The notes: generated by a model from the sequence alone, not told the origin. Shown: positions 13,111-26,025, numbered from the whole stretch's first letter. The stretch: 58,453 bases of DNA, filler included, from Sphacelaria rigidula (GCA_964200075.2; 9 parts of 9 records of this genome joined end to end with filler, not necessarily neighbours in it), one strand, 5' to 3'. Numbers and translations are program-made.

Positions 13111-14363
13111 GCGGTTTGTGGGGGGAGGGGGCAATAGTGATTGTTTGATAGTTTTCGATTGGTGGAATGATCTTCTTATGTCACGCTACAGATCGTGTGT
13201 CTCTCCGGCTATCTCGTGGTCCAGCGATAGTTTTACTCCTCCTTTACAAGTAGTGCCGATTGGGTTCTGGAAAGCACACAACACAAGATTAGTTCTGTTT
13301 TTCGCTTTTTCCGTAGTCTTCGCCACCTACCCACTCCACTTTGTGCTTGCCAAGATGGCTGCGCACGCTTGTGGAACGATGCGCTATTATTTGTACGACG
13401 TGCAACGTGAAAACAGCGTTGAAGGCTGTGCACTGTAGAGCGACGGCGCACCGCGTATTCTACTGCTGTATAGTTTGTACTGGTCTAGTAAGCTCTGATG
13501 AAAAGCTCTGCTCTTGGTTGTACAGCAGCGCTGTAGCACCATCAAGGATTGTGTGACATGCAGTGAGCTCAGTATCAAGGCAACGCTTGAGGTGCTCCAG
13601 CACTGCGAGATCTCCCGAGCCCGATTTCTCGAACCCGCGGTCACAGACGTGGACTCGCGTTTCCAGTACCCGTCAGTGCTATTTCTGACAGGAGATGGAG
13701 CCCATTGCTTCCTCCTGAGACGCCCAAAATGAAGCAGAATAACACAAAATAAGAGCAATAAGAGAGGGACGTCAGGAAAACTGTCGAGGAAAAGCCTCCC
13801 CCTGAGTTGGTCGGGGTGTGGTGAAACAAGCACATCAGGTTGTGCTAATAAAGCAAGCACAGGAATAATAAAAAGGAGAAAAGGAAGAAGAATGAATCAG
13901 AATGGAAACCACGCGAGAGCTGAACGACAGCCCCAGCTACCCGCACCGGAAAAAAATGCCCCAAGTTTTGAGGAAGACGGCAGGCACACTAGCTAGCGGT
14001 CTAATCGCTGCGTTTCGGTGGTGCCCGATAGTCGCAGAGGCATCTTTAGCGGTAACACATCAACCAATTCCTTGGTGACCCAGTAGAATATTTTTCCTTT
14101 GCTCCCCCTCCCAACTGGAAATGAAGTCGACTCTGATGCAGCAGCGACGAGGCAGTTTTGCGCTGCTGACACAAGAGGCAAGAGAGAGGATGTACGAGTA
14201 TCGCACCATGCGTCAGCAACCGCTGTACAGGGTGTGATGATTTTCCCCTCTCATCAAGTTGCTTTTTCTGGCCAAAAGCATGAATGCGGGCAGTAAGAAG
14301 TGACGTTGGTGTGAGTCGTACGTGGCTGGTTGCAACTCCGCTGCTCTGGGGGTTTGGAGTGTT

Positions 14364-14450
14364 GCCGCGCCCCGGTGCTGTAATGGCCCGACTGTCGCCA
14401 TTGGGGTGGAGAGAACGAGGGTTCGATTCCCGATGCGTTGGGTTTTTTCT
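14364..14450 (+). mobile_element. tRNA-derived SINE head (Pol III A and B boxes)
   Basis: GCCGCGCCCCGGTGCTGTAATGG (A-box-like)...GGTTCGATTCCC (B-box) then a T-run; second copy at 45544-45600 (-); no intact cloverleaf evident. Confidence 0.65.
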
Positions 14451-15459
14451 TCGTGATGTATGATTTCCACCGTGGCAAGCGTGAGAACGTGAGTAAACAA
14501 AGTAGTCAACTGAGTTTGTTTGACGTCAGTTGACGTGGTGCGGGAGTGCTGACCCAATACGCAAGACCATAATGCAAGGCGTGTACCGCGGGAGAGATGG
14601 GTTGATCCCTTGAGACTGTTAGACCACGGACTTGTCCCGTGGAAGGGGAGAGATTTAACGTGCGACAAATGAAAAAATAGAAAATAAAAGTGTCGAGACG
14701 CGCCGAGACTCATATAACGGTGTGACACCGTTGCGCCAGTTGGTTATACATACAACGCTGTGGAGACTTCAGCCCTCGCAGCAAACTTTTCGCTCGTCTT
14801 CTCTGGCAACCATATATATGGTTGCTGTTTGTTGCTACTGGACATTCAGGAATTGAAGACGATTTTCGGCCTAGCATATAGCTTCAGTACCACAGTGATT
14901 CCTCTGCACACGCGTTCGAGGTTTAATGCTTACGCCTTTCCATATTTTTTCACCGGCGTGATGAGATAACCTCACCTGAGTACGTCAAGGCTACAGTATG
15001 CGTCCCGCTCACCCCCCGCGCCTCCTGTGGTGTGTGCATCTCGTATAACTTCAACCACTCAGGTCGGGCGGAAGAATACGGCGGGTTCCATTCCCGGCAG
15101 ATGTAGCCATTTTTTTCTTCAATCGAAGAAGCGCAGGATCTGATTATTTATACTCGTCGTTGAAAACGTGACACCTTGATTTTTTTTATTAAGTAATAGC
15201 AATATATATATATATATTTACGAGAGTCGACGCGCCGTGTGGAGGTGCTGAATCAATCAATTTGCGATGCCAAATTGCACAGCGTGCGTACACTGAGGTA
15301 GGGATGGGCTGATCCCTTGCCATTGAGACAATGGACTCGTCCCGAGGGAGGGAAGGGATGGGAGATGTAGCGAAATAAGAAGATATGCAGCTGAACCCCC
15401 TCCCAACCCCCCAACTCCCCAACCCCCATGTCGCGGACACCTACGCGCACCACAACCAG

Positions 15460-15855
15460 GTGCCGCCCGAATTCGTGTACGACGTCCACGGCGGGTTTGG
15501 AGAACCGGCTGAAGCTGGCGCCAACCCGGAGGACACCGAGACTGCCAATAGCTCTTTGAGGCGTCGCCGCAAGTTGGACTCACAGCGTCAGCGCCGTCGC
15601 CGTCAATCCGACTTACAAGGCAAGCGCCGGAAACGGCCCCGTGCAGCAATGACGGAGGCGGAGGCGGAGGCGGAGGCGAAAGGTGGTGCTTCCAACGGCA
15701 CTTCCACTTCCGCTGACAACGGTCCCTCTGCTGCCAGCGACCCCCCGGCTTCCAGTGGCCCTTCGACTGCTAGCGGGCCTTCGGCTGCCAGCGGCCCCCC
15801 TTCTGCTCCCAACGACTCTTCTGCTCCAAATGTCTCCGCTCCGAATGGGGCATGA
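15460..15855 (+). CDS. Possible terminal exon of an unknown protein (basic NLS-like stretch, Ala/Ser/Pro-rich tail)
   Basis: CAG acceptor after C-rich tract; open frame VPPEFVYDVHGGFGEP...RRRRKLDSQRQRRRRQ..KRRKRPR...APNGA*; followed by T/GT-rich UTR-like sequence. No recognisable domain. Confidence 0.35.
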   Translation: MPPEFVYDVHGGFGEPAEAGANPEDTETANSSLRRRRKLDSQRQRRRRQSDLQGKRRKRPRAAMTEAEAEAEAKGGASNGTSTSADNGPSAASDPPASSGPSTASGPSAASGPPSAPNDSSAPNVSAPNGA

Positions 15856-17842
15856 TTTTTTTATTCTTATTTTCGTAGCTGTGCGGTTGTGCGTCTTGTG
15901 TGTCTCACGTGTTGTCTGTGTGTGTGTCCGTGTTCGTGTTTAGTGTCCGTTTGATTCTGTGCGTTGGGGCGTACAAGTGCGCGTTGTCGGGTGGGTGGGT
16001 GTAAAAGTGACTGAACCGCGGCTTTTTTTCTCGTCGTTTGCTACACGGGACTCGTGGGGCACCGTATCCTGCCGTATATACCGTGCCCTGCTTGTTTGAG
16101 TCTTTGTTCTTGCTTTTGTTTTCGACGTGCTTCCCCTTCGCATCTTGGTTCCTCTTCTGGGGGGGGCTATGTAGTGGTTGTGAGACGAAAGATGGGGGGT
16201 TATCATTACTCGAGACATGTATTAGTGACTATTTTGGTGACGTTGGTTGATTGAAAGAGTTAGCGTAGTTCTTTTCTTAGTTTCTCATTTTTCGGTGCTT
16301 GTGTCCTGTCCTATGCACACATTTCTACACCCCCCCTCCTCCTCTCCACAAGTCTCTTGTCTGTAAGCGCGGACGGACGTGAACAACCCGCCTTTTGTCC
16401 GATTTTGTTTTTACTTGGGGGGGGGGGGGGGGGGGGGGTAACACGTTTGTATCAGCTGTTGACTTCATCAACCCTGTCCCGAGTAAGATGGTGACCGCAA
16501 TCCTCATGTCTCGGTAGAGAGAGGGCGAGGCCGCCTGCCAGGACGATATTCCCAGAAACATTTTATTTTTTTTCCTACTTTTTTTACTGCCCCGTTTTTT
16601 CCGGGCATGCTAGTCAAGATTTTTTCGTTTTGTCATTTATTTGCCGGAAGAACATCTGGGGTTCGCCTTTGTGTTGGGTAGGAGGTAGGGGGTAGCCTCT
16701 TGATTTTTAATCATGCCATACGGCGTTGAACATTTCCTGTTTTTGTCGACGCTTTTCACTAGGGTTAGCTGGGGTCGACCGGCCACTGTGTTAAAGTCCA
16801 GCTTCCTTGCGACTGTTATTAGACACTCTCTGGCCATGAAACGTGCGGTGTCGAACGGTGGCGGCTGGGAAAGGGTAAATGTGTGCGGGGCCGCAGGGGC
16901 TGTAATCGGTACTACTAAACGTGCTTTGTGCTCACGATGTCGCCTTTGTAATGTGCTCGAGATGAAAAAAGAGGGGAACTTGACAAGAAGAATGTACATG
17001 GCGACGTTAGATCATGACGATGTTGAAGGAGTACAGTAGTAACTGATGGGGGTAAGAGCCGGGGCCATTCTGTCGAGGAGTATATGTTTAGTTCGCAAGA
17101 AAACTATCTGTAGCCAAAGAGGCGTGTGTTTATTTTTTGGGCGGCAAAGAAACGGGTTGATTGATGGCTGTTCGTATGATCAAGAAAATACATATACATA
17201 TACAGATATATACATATATATATATATATACATACACATATGCAGAAGTGGGTGCGCGGGCCGTCTGGGTGACATCGTCGTTGTTTCTTTGGGCGTCTGG
17301 GAGGGCATTGAAGCGGTATCACGGTGCGCTCATGTTGTTGACAATACCGCACTGTGACACGGTACGACCAGCCGTGGGTTGCTCTGAGCCTCTGCATTTA
17401 TTTACAGGTGGTCCTCAGGAGGGGTAGAAAGAGATGGGCTAGTGGGCGGGGAGGAAGTGAGGTTATGGTTTTCGCGAGGTTGTGGTGTTTTCCACTGTAC
17501 CTAAAAGCTGTGGACGTCTTTTTATTTATTTTTTGCTCGGGTCGTGGCTGCTGTGTTACGAACGTTAATTTTTCTTGCCGGCGTCATGTACTCTTCCTTT
17601 TTTTTTTTTAGTCGAGAACGCCGGGGAGTCGAGTGTGCGTGTAGTGATGTCACTGTTGTCGTGTACCTGGGTTGTTTTGTAGAGAAATAGTAACATATAT
17701 TACGTACGTATGGTATTGTAGTTTTATCCACTGATTCAAGAAATAATACAAAGTATAACTTTTCCAAACGTCCAGATTGTGAGTCACCACGTATGTTGAC
17801 TCGACCCGCTTGGTAATGACCCGGACCTCCATCCCGGCTCTT

Positions 17843-17930
17843 GTCAACCACAGGACTGTCATCCTCCAATCCCCAGTCCGGGCTATGGTCATGCTCCTTA
17901 CCTTGTGCATTGGTTCCCGCGACGCCCACA
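17843..17930 (+). repeat. Short dispersed repeat, second copy at ~50656-50740 (-)
   Basis: GGACTGTCATCCTCCAATCCCC(A/G)GTCCGGGCTATG(G/C)TCATGCTCCT shared between contigs 3 and 8. Confidence 0.7.
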
Positions 17931-18096
17931 GTACGTCAGTTTATTTTCTTGTCCCAATAAGCCGTGGATCTGCAAGGCTAACCGGCTCCAAGTCAACCTG
18001 CGTTTTCACACGCTCCGTACACCCTACACCGAGTGAGAGGCTACAACCTACACACCCTCCGTCCTGGGAAATATGGGCCTTACCCATCGTGCACAA

Positions 18097-18459
18097 CACA
18101 CGCGGCCATTCGGCTACCCCCATAAAAATCCTCCATCAAGATTTTCATCCTCTAGAGGGTATTTCATCCCCAGGTGCGGTCAAAAACCAATCTCCTGGAG
18201 GGCATCTGATGCTCTAGCGACTTCTGAGGTCTGAATTCCTCGAGAGGGACAAATAAGATAGTGCTCCAGAGGGCCACGCATCCTCCAAATTCCTCCGGAG
18301 GGATGCGCGGCCCTCCAGAGGCAAAACAAGCCTCTGGAGGCGTTTGATCCCATCCCTCTGGAGGGCCGCGCACTCCTCTGGAGGCGTTTAATCCCTCTGG
18401 AGGCTCGAAAAGTTGACCGGAAGAGAGCATTTTTAGGGGTAGCCGAATGGCCGCGTGTG
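18097..18459. mobile_element. MITE with 24-bp perfect TIR and ~10 internal CCTC-NN-GAGG palindromes
   Basis: CACACGCGGCCATTCGGCTACCCC / GGGGTAGCCGAATGGCCGCGTGTG; no clear TSD. Confidence 0.8.
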
Positions 18460-19419
18460 GAGTGCCGTTTATCAAATGACGTATTCGATTTTTCGTCCTC
18501 GGGAAGAAAAAATGCTTTTACTACTACTACTGTTAATTGTTCTTGTAGCAGAGAGTGTCGGGGATGACTTTTTTTTGCAATCAGCATATAACTTCTGCCC
18601 GCGCATACGCATCAACTTTACGGTATCGAAAACTCCTTCTTTTGTCTTCACACAACACATCATCATCCCCAATGAAAGCTCCATCCTCAATTTTTTTATC
18701 GGCTGTCAACAATTTGACTCCAGTACCGATTTGCACTGAACAACACGAGTCACTGTGGAACATGACCATCCTCCCCCCGTTCCGTGCTGCCGCCTGATAA
18801 AATGTATGTCCGTACGCCAACGAGGAATGTAGTGTGAACCGGACCTGATGAACTAATAATAATAGGAATGATTTTTGCCGTCTCGATTTTCTCGGAAATC
18901 GCGGTGGCCAGCACAAATTGAAAACAGCCATGGTTTTCTTATCATGATTCAGTCTCAGCCCCCCCCCCCCCAAAAAAGGCAACTCAAATGCCAAGATGCC
19001 CGCACACAAGAATCATACGCACCTCATGTATCTTATTAAGGCGGTTTATTTAGTGCTGTATTTTCAGTACAAGTCAACCGTTCCTTTGCTTGTGGATTTC
19101 TCCGCCGTGAATTCTCCGCCGTGTCTGAACGAACCGGCCTGAAACTTGGCACAGAGGTAGACCACATCACATACATACAGCATATTCCCGGATCGGCAGC
19201 ACGTTTTACGTGCGAGTGGTGTGTCCGTCATCTCAGCGCGGTCTCCATGCCAAGGATCTCTGTACACAACAGCTTACCGCATCCGCCCACGCCTCGGCAA
19301 TAAACTAGGGGGTAGCAGACTACCCCCCCCGCCCCTTATTCCCCCCCGGGTTAGACACCCATGAGGCAGTGTAAAAGCTATGGCTGTCTCGGGAAGTGGC
19401 GATACCACGGAATGAAGCA

Positions 19420-19519
19420 NNNNNNNNNNNNNNNNNNNNNNNNNNNNNNNNNNNNNNNNNNNNTTAATTAATTAANNNNNNNNNNNNNNNNNNNNNNNNN
19501 NNNNNNNNNNNNNNNNNNN
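19420..19519. other. Artificial contig spacer
   Basis: 44N-TTAATTAATTAA-44N. Confidence 0.98.
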
Positions 19520-19972
19520 ATTGCAATAGACAATAGATTCCATACTGTACCCAGTACATTTTTTGACCGTGTAATCTATTGTCCAGGGTATCAATTTTTG
19601 ACCCCGGTGGAACCGTGTTCAACTCTGTTTCTCCCGTTAGATTCCCAGGCTGATGACGGTCACTACGATCTGAAACACGTGGAGATTCGGTGGAAATTGG
19701 GCCTGGAATTCGTGTTTTCAATTTCGGAACAATTTGGAGGGCTCTTGATTGATCGAGACATACTTTTGTCCATAGCGCCATCGCTATAGCCTTGAACAAA
19801 AATATGGATATGTCACCCTTTTCGTCTGTTCATTTCATAGTCTGATACCACATTTGTGCATAGTGGCTGGATATTGCGTTCGTCATTGGCTGGGGAATAA
19901 ATTTTGGGTATTTAATCTGAACAAGCTTTTAGAGTTTTTACAGCTTGAATGTAAAAATCTTGACTTGATGCT

Positions 19973-20878
19973 TGTTTTTCAGACCCGTACAAGCATGTGC
20001 CCGAGTGCAGCACGGGACTCAGTATAGAAAATAGACAGGTAGTACCGGCTTTTGTTTGTATAGAGGTCAGGCACGCAAGTGCTAACTTTGACTATTTGCA
20101 CAGAGTTGAACACACTTGACCCGTTGCGTCTCCTCATTGAACGAAATTAATCCGACGGCACCGGAGTGACATTTTTGGTGCGCGCATGACGTGTGCTGGT
20201 GGGTTCTTCTGCAGCCCTCCACCGTAAGAAAGGTTGCCGTCGGCGTTTTCTATTCCCATCTTTTCTGTGTCAGAGCTTGACATGATGAGGCATGTGGCCC
20301 GGGGCCGTGAGGGGAGGGGAGGGTTCCCAAAGGGCTGAGGCTGTTACAGCTTGAGCAGTCGTATCAAAACGGAGCAAACGAATCGGTGCATTGGTGCAGT
20401 GGCTGCCATACATGAACTTGAAGAAAAGTCCCGCGGTCAAAGGGTGAATCCACCGCGAAGCAACCCGTGACACTCGGGTGTGTGTCCCGTTTGTTACGCC
20501 CGCCATCATTTTAGCCCTTCGGGAACCCTCTCCTTGCGTCCCCGGACCAGACGCCTTATTGTTTGAAGCCCTGACGAAAAAAGAAGAGACTGAAACAGAA
20601 GGGATCGGCGGCAACCATTTTCACGTCGGAGGGCCACAGAAGAACCCACCCACCAGCATACGTCATGCGCGCACCGAAATGTCACCCCGGTGCCGACGGA
20701 TTAATGCCGTCCAATGAGGAGACGCAACGGGTGAAGTGTGTTCAACGTTGTGCGCACAGCAAAAATTAGCACTTGCGTGTCTGACCTCTTTACAAACAAA
20801 AATCGGCACCACCTGTCTTTTTTCTATGCTGAGTCCCGTGCTGCACTCGGGCACATGCTTGTACGGGTCTGAAAAACA
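19973..20878. repeat. Long inverted repeat (arms ~19973-20240 and ~20608-20878)
   Basis: TGTTTTTCAGACCCGTACAAGCATGTGCCCGAGTGCAGCACGGGACTCAG and its exact reverse complement; imperfect similarity over ~270 bp. Confidence 0.85.
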
Positions 20879-21429
20879 CGCCTTGGGCTAATCGTTTTGT
20901 GTTCAAACTGTAAAAGCTTAACCGTATTAGTATGTTGTTCAAAAAATAGCACCTCACAATCCAATTTTTTTCCGTTGTCAGTGCCGAAAGGGTTAGTCCC
21001 CTGCATGATGGTATCGTCAGATGTCGGGTTCACCTCTCGTGTCGCTCGTGATGGTGTTTTTTTTATTTTCGGCCCTGTCTCGTGCCTACTCTCTTCTGTA
21101 CGGAATAAATGTTCTGGACCGTCGATTGATTGATTTGCTGTTTTATTGATCGCCGCGTCATGTGGTTCTGAACCTAATAACAGTGTGGCATCTAAGTATA
21201 TATATATTATCTCAATCGAAGGACTCATAACAAGCAGTACGCAGATGACGGTCCGTTGGAATGGCGAAACAGCAGTGACCTTGCAACACTATACTGTCAT
21301 GAGTAGAGCCTGATGTTGAATTTATTCGGGTACGTTTTTTGGCATTTTAATCCAGTTTGCACTAGAATTGATCTTCCTGAACGCTGGATGTCCTACCGTC
21401 AACACGGCGCACCCCACCCATGGTTCGAA

Positions 21430-21998
21430 TGGTGCGGCGAAAACCCGGCGTGCCCCGTCTCGGCTTAGTAAGGACGGACCCTATATGGGATTGGCATCGG
21501 TTGGCAATGATCCTGTAAAACGCGCTACTCAAATCTCAGCGTAAGCTAGGCAACCAGGTTACGGATTCTTTTTTGCGCGCTTGCTTTTTTTTGCGGTAAC
21601 GATGATGGTGATCGAGCTAGATCATACTGTACGGGCTTGGAAAACGTCATTCCCGCGCAAAAGGGACGATCATACCACGTAGTGTTTGGATGGTGAGACA
21701 CCCATGAGGCAATGTATAAGCCGCGAGCGGCTGTCGCTAGAAGTGGCGATCCTAGAAAATAAAGCAACTCATTGGAGGGTGTCATCCATATGAAGGAGAT
21801 TCAGTATGCTTCGGGCGGAATGAACGTAGCAGGATGTAGCTCGTCCTTCATGCAACTCGCCGGACGCACAACGGCGCTTGCGCGCTCGGTGATTGATTGC
21901 AAGCCTGGCCGGCCAAGAACCGGCGTGCTCCATCCGGGCTTTTGTAGGGATACGAGGTCAATGATGATGTGAGTATGGCATGCAAAGTCATGAGTATA
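21430..21998 (-). mobile_element. Full antisense copy of the G-tract-bounded repeat, in the intron upstream of the RanBP2-finger exon
   Basis: Colinear reverse-complement similarity to 46420-46960, including both direct-repeat copies; C-rich flanks on the + strand. Confidence 0.78.
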
Positions 21999-22085
21999 GC
22001 CCTCTCTCCACCCCCTTTCCCCCATCACCGCCCCACGTACCCTTGGGTTCCACCAACACAAACACACGTGTATCGTTTCCTGCAG

Positions 22086-23298
22086 GGCTTGCCCCAGCTG
22101 TGGCAACAACTGCTACGCCTTCCGCACGGAATGCAACCGCTGCCAGACTCCCAAGCCCGGTGGAGGCGGTGGAGGTGGAGGTGGCGGCTATGAACGCGGC
22201 AACCGCGGGGGAGGGGGAGGATATGAGGGAGGCGGTGGAGGGCGCGGCGGCGGCGGCGGCGGCGGCGGGGGCCGTGAAGGCGACTGGTGCGAAACTGCTG
22301 TGAAACTAAGGGGTGTTACTAACGGATTCTAATTTTGTCGTCATGTCTCCGATATCTTCTGGGGGGGAGGGGGAGACAAACGCCTTGTCGGAAAAATGTG
22401 GAATTAGAAATCTGGACCATGTCACACAGTCGATCAACTCAAGAGTGGCTACAGATTTCTCCAAAATTACAGTGTCGGGTTCGTTTTCATCTTTTTTTGT
22501 TCTTTGGAATAGTCGGGATTTTTATTTTTACGGAACAAAGCCGGAGCAACCTGGAATAAAAAAATGAACACCCCGTTTACAGAACCCCTAAATGGTTGTG
22601 AAAAAAATGTACTGTTCTGTATCAGTAAAAGTTACGAAGTAAAAATCTACGATATTAATGGGATGTTCTCGGGGTACACTTTTGTGCCAGAAACGAAGAA
22701 GGATCAGGAATACCCGAATTCAGGGAAGTCACGGGCAGTATTTGTGAGATATTGCACGCGTTGTTACTCGTGACACAACCCTCTACAACTACTCGTGACA
22801 ACTGATTCACTGACTGAGGCAAGTTATTATAGTATAAGTTAGTATGGGGGAGCCAAGTCTCTTGATCGAACAGTCGATGAGCCAAGTCACTTGACCTCAG
22901 CTTCCATTTTTGAGAAGTGCAGTCAATGTTGTATGAATCACATGGCAAGACAATCGTAGTAAAAAGCAAGAACGAGGCTTCTAACAACAATAATAAGAGC
23001 TGAAAACAGTTGACCAATATATTCATTGCTCAGTGGTAGTCTAGTCAGCCGTATACATACTCTTCCGGGCGGGACGCGTGTAGACCTGATCCTATCCCCC
23101 CTCGGGGCGCTCTGTACTTTCACTGCGTCTTGCGTTTGTCGTTGACGCAGGGCTTGCCCCAGCTGCGGCAACAACTGCTACGCCTTCCGCACCGAATGCA
23201 ACCGCTGCCAGACTCCCAAGCCCGACACGGGTGGTGGTGGAGGAGGAGGCTACGGGGGCGGCAGCTACGGCGGTGGAGGGCGCGGTCGTGACAGGTGA
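22086..23298 (+). CDS. Partial Gly/RGG-rich RNA-binding protein with tandem RanBP2-type zinc fingers; exons 22086-22286 and 23151-23298 (5' partial; 3' end uncertain)
   Basis: Exon A: (W)ACPSCGNNCYAFRTECNRCQTPKP-G-rich YERGNRGG..GREGD(W). Exon B: ACPSCGNNCYAFRTECNRCQTPKPDTGGGGGGYGGGSYGGGGRGRDR*. Matches the RanBP2 finger consensus W-x-C-x2-C-x3-N-x6-C-x2-C; CAG acceptors, phase-2 intron inside the Trp codon. TGA at 23296-23298 may be the stop, or GT at 23295 may be a donor. Confidence 0.88.
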
Positions 23299-25925
23299 AA
23301 AGAAAAAGAAGAACGTGCCCTGGCGAAGGTTTCACGTATGAAAAGTCCCCGCCCCCCCCCCCCCCCCCCCCCCCCGCCCCCCCCCCCCCGCCACCACCGC
23401 TTTTGCGGCTGTCCTGGTTGNNNNNNNNNNGGGGGGCCGGTGGTGAACAGTAAAAAAAAAAAAAAGACCGTGCCCCGGCGAAGGTTTCACGTATGAAAAG
23501 CCCCCCCCCCCCCCCCTCCCGAAGACAAACAAGGTACAGCCGCATGCTTCCTTTTGTTTTCCGGTGTATGTATGACCTTCCTCGCTGGATCTTGTCTGGA
23601 CCTATCTGTACATGTACATATATACAGATGTGTACTGTATGTGTGTCGCCGTTTGTGCCGGATCCGTTTGTTGTTCGCGCGAGAATAGCCAACAGCAGTG
23701 GTGCGTACTTTGGTTGAGGTTTAACTTGAAGATGATATATTTTTTCGTTTTTCCCTTTTTTTCTCTCTTTTATTTTCTTCCCCCCTCTTGCTTGTTTATA
23801 AAAAAAAATCCCCCGCGGCGACGAAGAAGCAAACATTGGTCGTCATTAATCGTGTTCCTGTCTCGTTCCGTTCTGTGCTTGTACTCGTATTTGTGCCGCC
23901 TTATCTGTTTAGTGTGCCTACTATCTGTCTCTCTTGCGTGATTTTCTCTTGTCACCTCATGTAACATGCACACAAACGTATGCACATGCGCAAAATGATA
24001 TTTTGTCACATGCTTGCGTGAGGCGTCCACCACTACGTCTCACGTACGTCCACACATGACGGATGCGACAACAGCCTCTCCTACTCTTGTGGGAGTGTTT
24101 TGTTCTTCCTTCTTTCTCCGGGCGATGGGTGTGGCGAGCGAGCGCCATTTGAAAAAAGGTGGAATTAAATGGATCGGATCGATCTACCGCGGCTGATGGA
24201 TGATGACCGACCGAAGACAGACGGCTTCGATAATTTTCCCTCAAAAACGCCAAGTCAAGGATGATGACCAAACCCAGCGCGACAAGCTTCGGGGGGGGGG
24301 TCTTGCCTTCCGGAGGTGTGGGTTGTAAAATGGCGGTCAGGAGTGACTGCTAACATGGGATATCGGTCGCGTAATGTGTCATATTCCAATCTGCGTGTTT
24401 GAAGGGTAGAGGGAGGGAGGGGCTGGGATGTGATGTGATGTGATTTGTTCTCATGGATGGGGACCTTTTTGGCGTGTAGGATGTTCATGACATACTACAG
24501 CATATGGCAGTAAAACAAACGATGTAATTTATTACAGCACTGTGTGATGAAAAATAAAACCACACGCTGGATAATGACAAAATACTACTTTGTAAAGAAG
24601 TGTACTGTGTCCAGTATGCAATTTATTGTCCGTTGTAGTGGACGTACACACTTTTTGACAAATCAATCTATCATCCAGGGTGTAAAATGAACAGCCCTGT
24701 GGAAAAATCTGTCCTTCTTGTGTTCCCAGAACTTCGCTGTGACTTCGCCAACGGCCTACGCCTGAGAGACTTGATCCTGTATGCTAATAACATTAGAAAA
24801 GGGTGGGGGGGGAGGAGGGTCAACTCATGACGATCGGAGGAGCGGGGGAGGTTTTGCGCCGGGATGGTGACCTTATCCACCGACCTTTAGTTGAGGGTTA
24901 GTGCAAGCTTTGGCTCGCTCACAGGAACACCATCAGCGGATGGAGTTTGGGGGTTGACGGTTGAGGTTTGTCGTACATGGCATGTATGGCGTTATAACTA
25001 CATGTGTGCCTGTGTGTGTGTAAGAGAGAGAGTGGTGCACTCCGGATATGACGGGGGACCTGCTCACGCACCGATCGATACTTTTGCCCCATCTCGCCTG
25101 GGGGAGAGGGGGTGTCTGAGTTCCGTCATCAACAAGACGCATCATAGCAACCGACCACTCTACTGGTTCGAGATTGCCGCGGAAACAGACTTGCTGAGAT
25201 AATCAGCTGCGTGTTGCGTGCCCCGTATGGGGCATGGCGCTTTTTATGATGAGTCTAAACAATTGATTCCACCCAGTCTGCAACAAGAACAGTTACCCAA
25301 CCTTACGAAATTTTGCACCCCCACATCTTTACTTTTGCGCGCGGGGGGGGGGGGCAACCGTCGTCAACGATTACATCGGGGTGATTGTGATGATCACATG
25401 TAAACGTTTGTGTGATCGAGCAGGTTTTGCGGAATGATCGATTGCTGGTAGTTGGAAAATCCTTCGTGAGAAGTTGTTTCCCCCACGTGGAAATAAAATG
25501 TAGGCTGTCTACTGGTGCTGGATATCTCCCTTCCGCACCCCTCCCCTGTTTGCTGCATTTTTGTTATTTGTGTGTGGAAGTTGGTTTGGTTTGTGTGTGG
25601 TTTTGGACGTCATATCACGAGGAGGAGGGAGATGGAGAACGGGTCGCGCAGCGTACAAAATGTGATGAAATTCCTACTACAGTACGACTCGTGTGTGCGT
25701 CCCCGGCGGGCTACGCCGTACGTAAATGTATGGTATAGTTATAGATATAGATGTATGCGTGTTGTACAGGAGGATGATTTGTTGCTGACACGCGGCGGGA
25801 CATTGCGGGTGAACTTTCCCGGTGTGTGCTGCTCTCTCTGCACAGAATAACGTGATTCGTATCCTGAACCGTTCCCCCCCCCACCCCCCCCCCACACCTG
25901 CCCTCACGCATAGCAAATACAAACC

Positions 25926-26025
25926 NNNNNNNNNNNNNNNNNNNNNNNNNNNNNNNNNNNNNNNNNNNNTTAATTAATTAANNNNNNNNNNNNNNNNNNN
26001 NNNNNNNNNNNNNNNNNNNNNNNNN
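25926..26025. other. Artificial contig spacer
   Basis: 44N-TTAATTAATTAA-44N. Confidence 0.98.

Noticed and set aside
23300..23520. Duplicated TGCCC.GGCGAAGGTTTCACGTATGAAAAG either side of a 10-N gap
   Set aside because: Most likely overlapping contig ends that failed to merge across poly-C.
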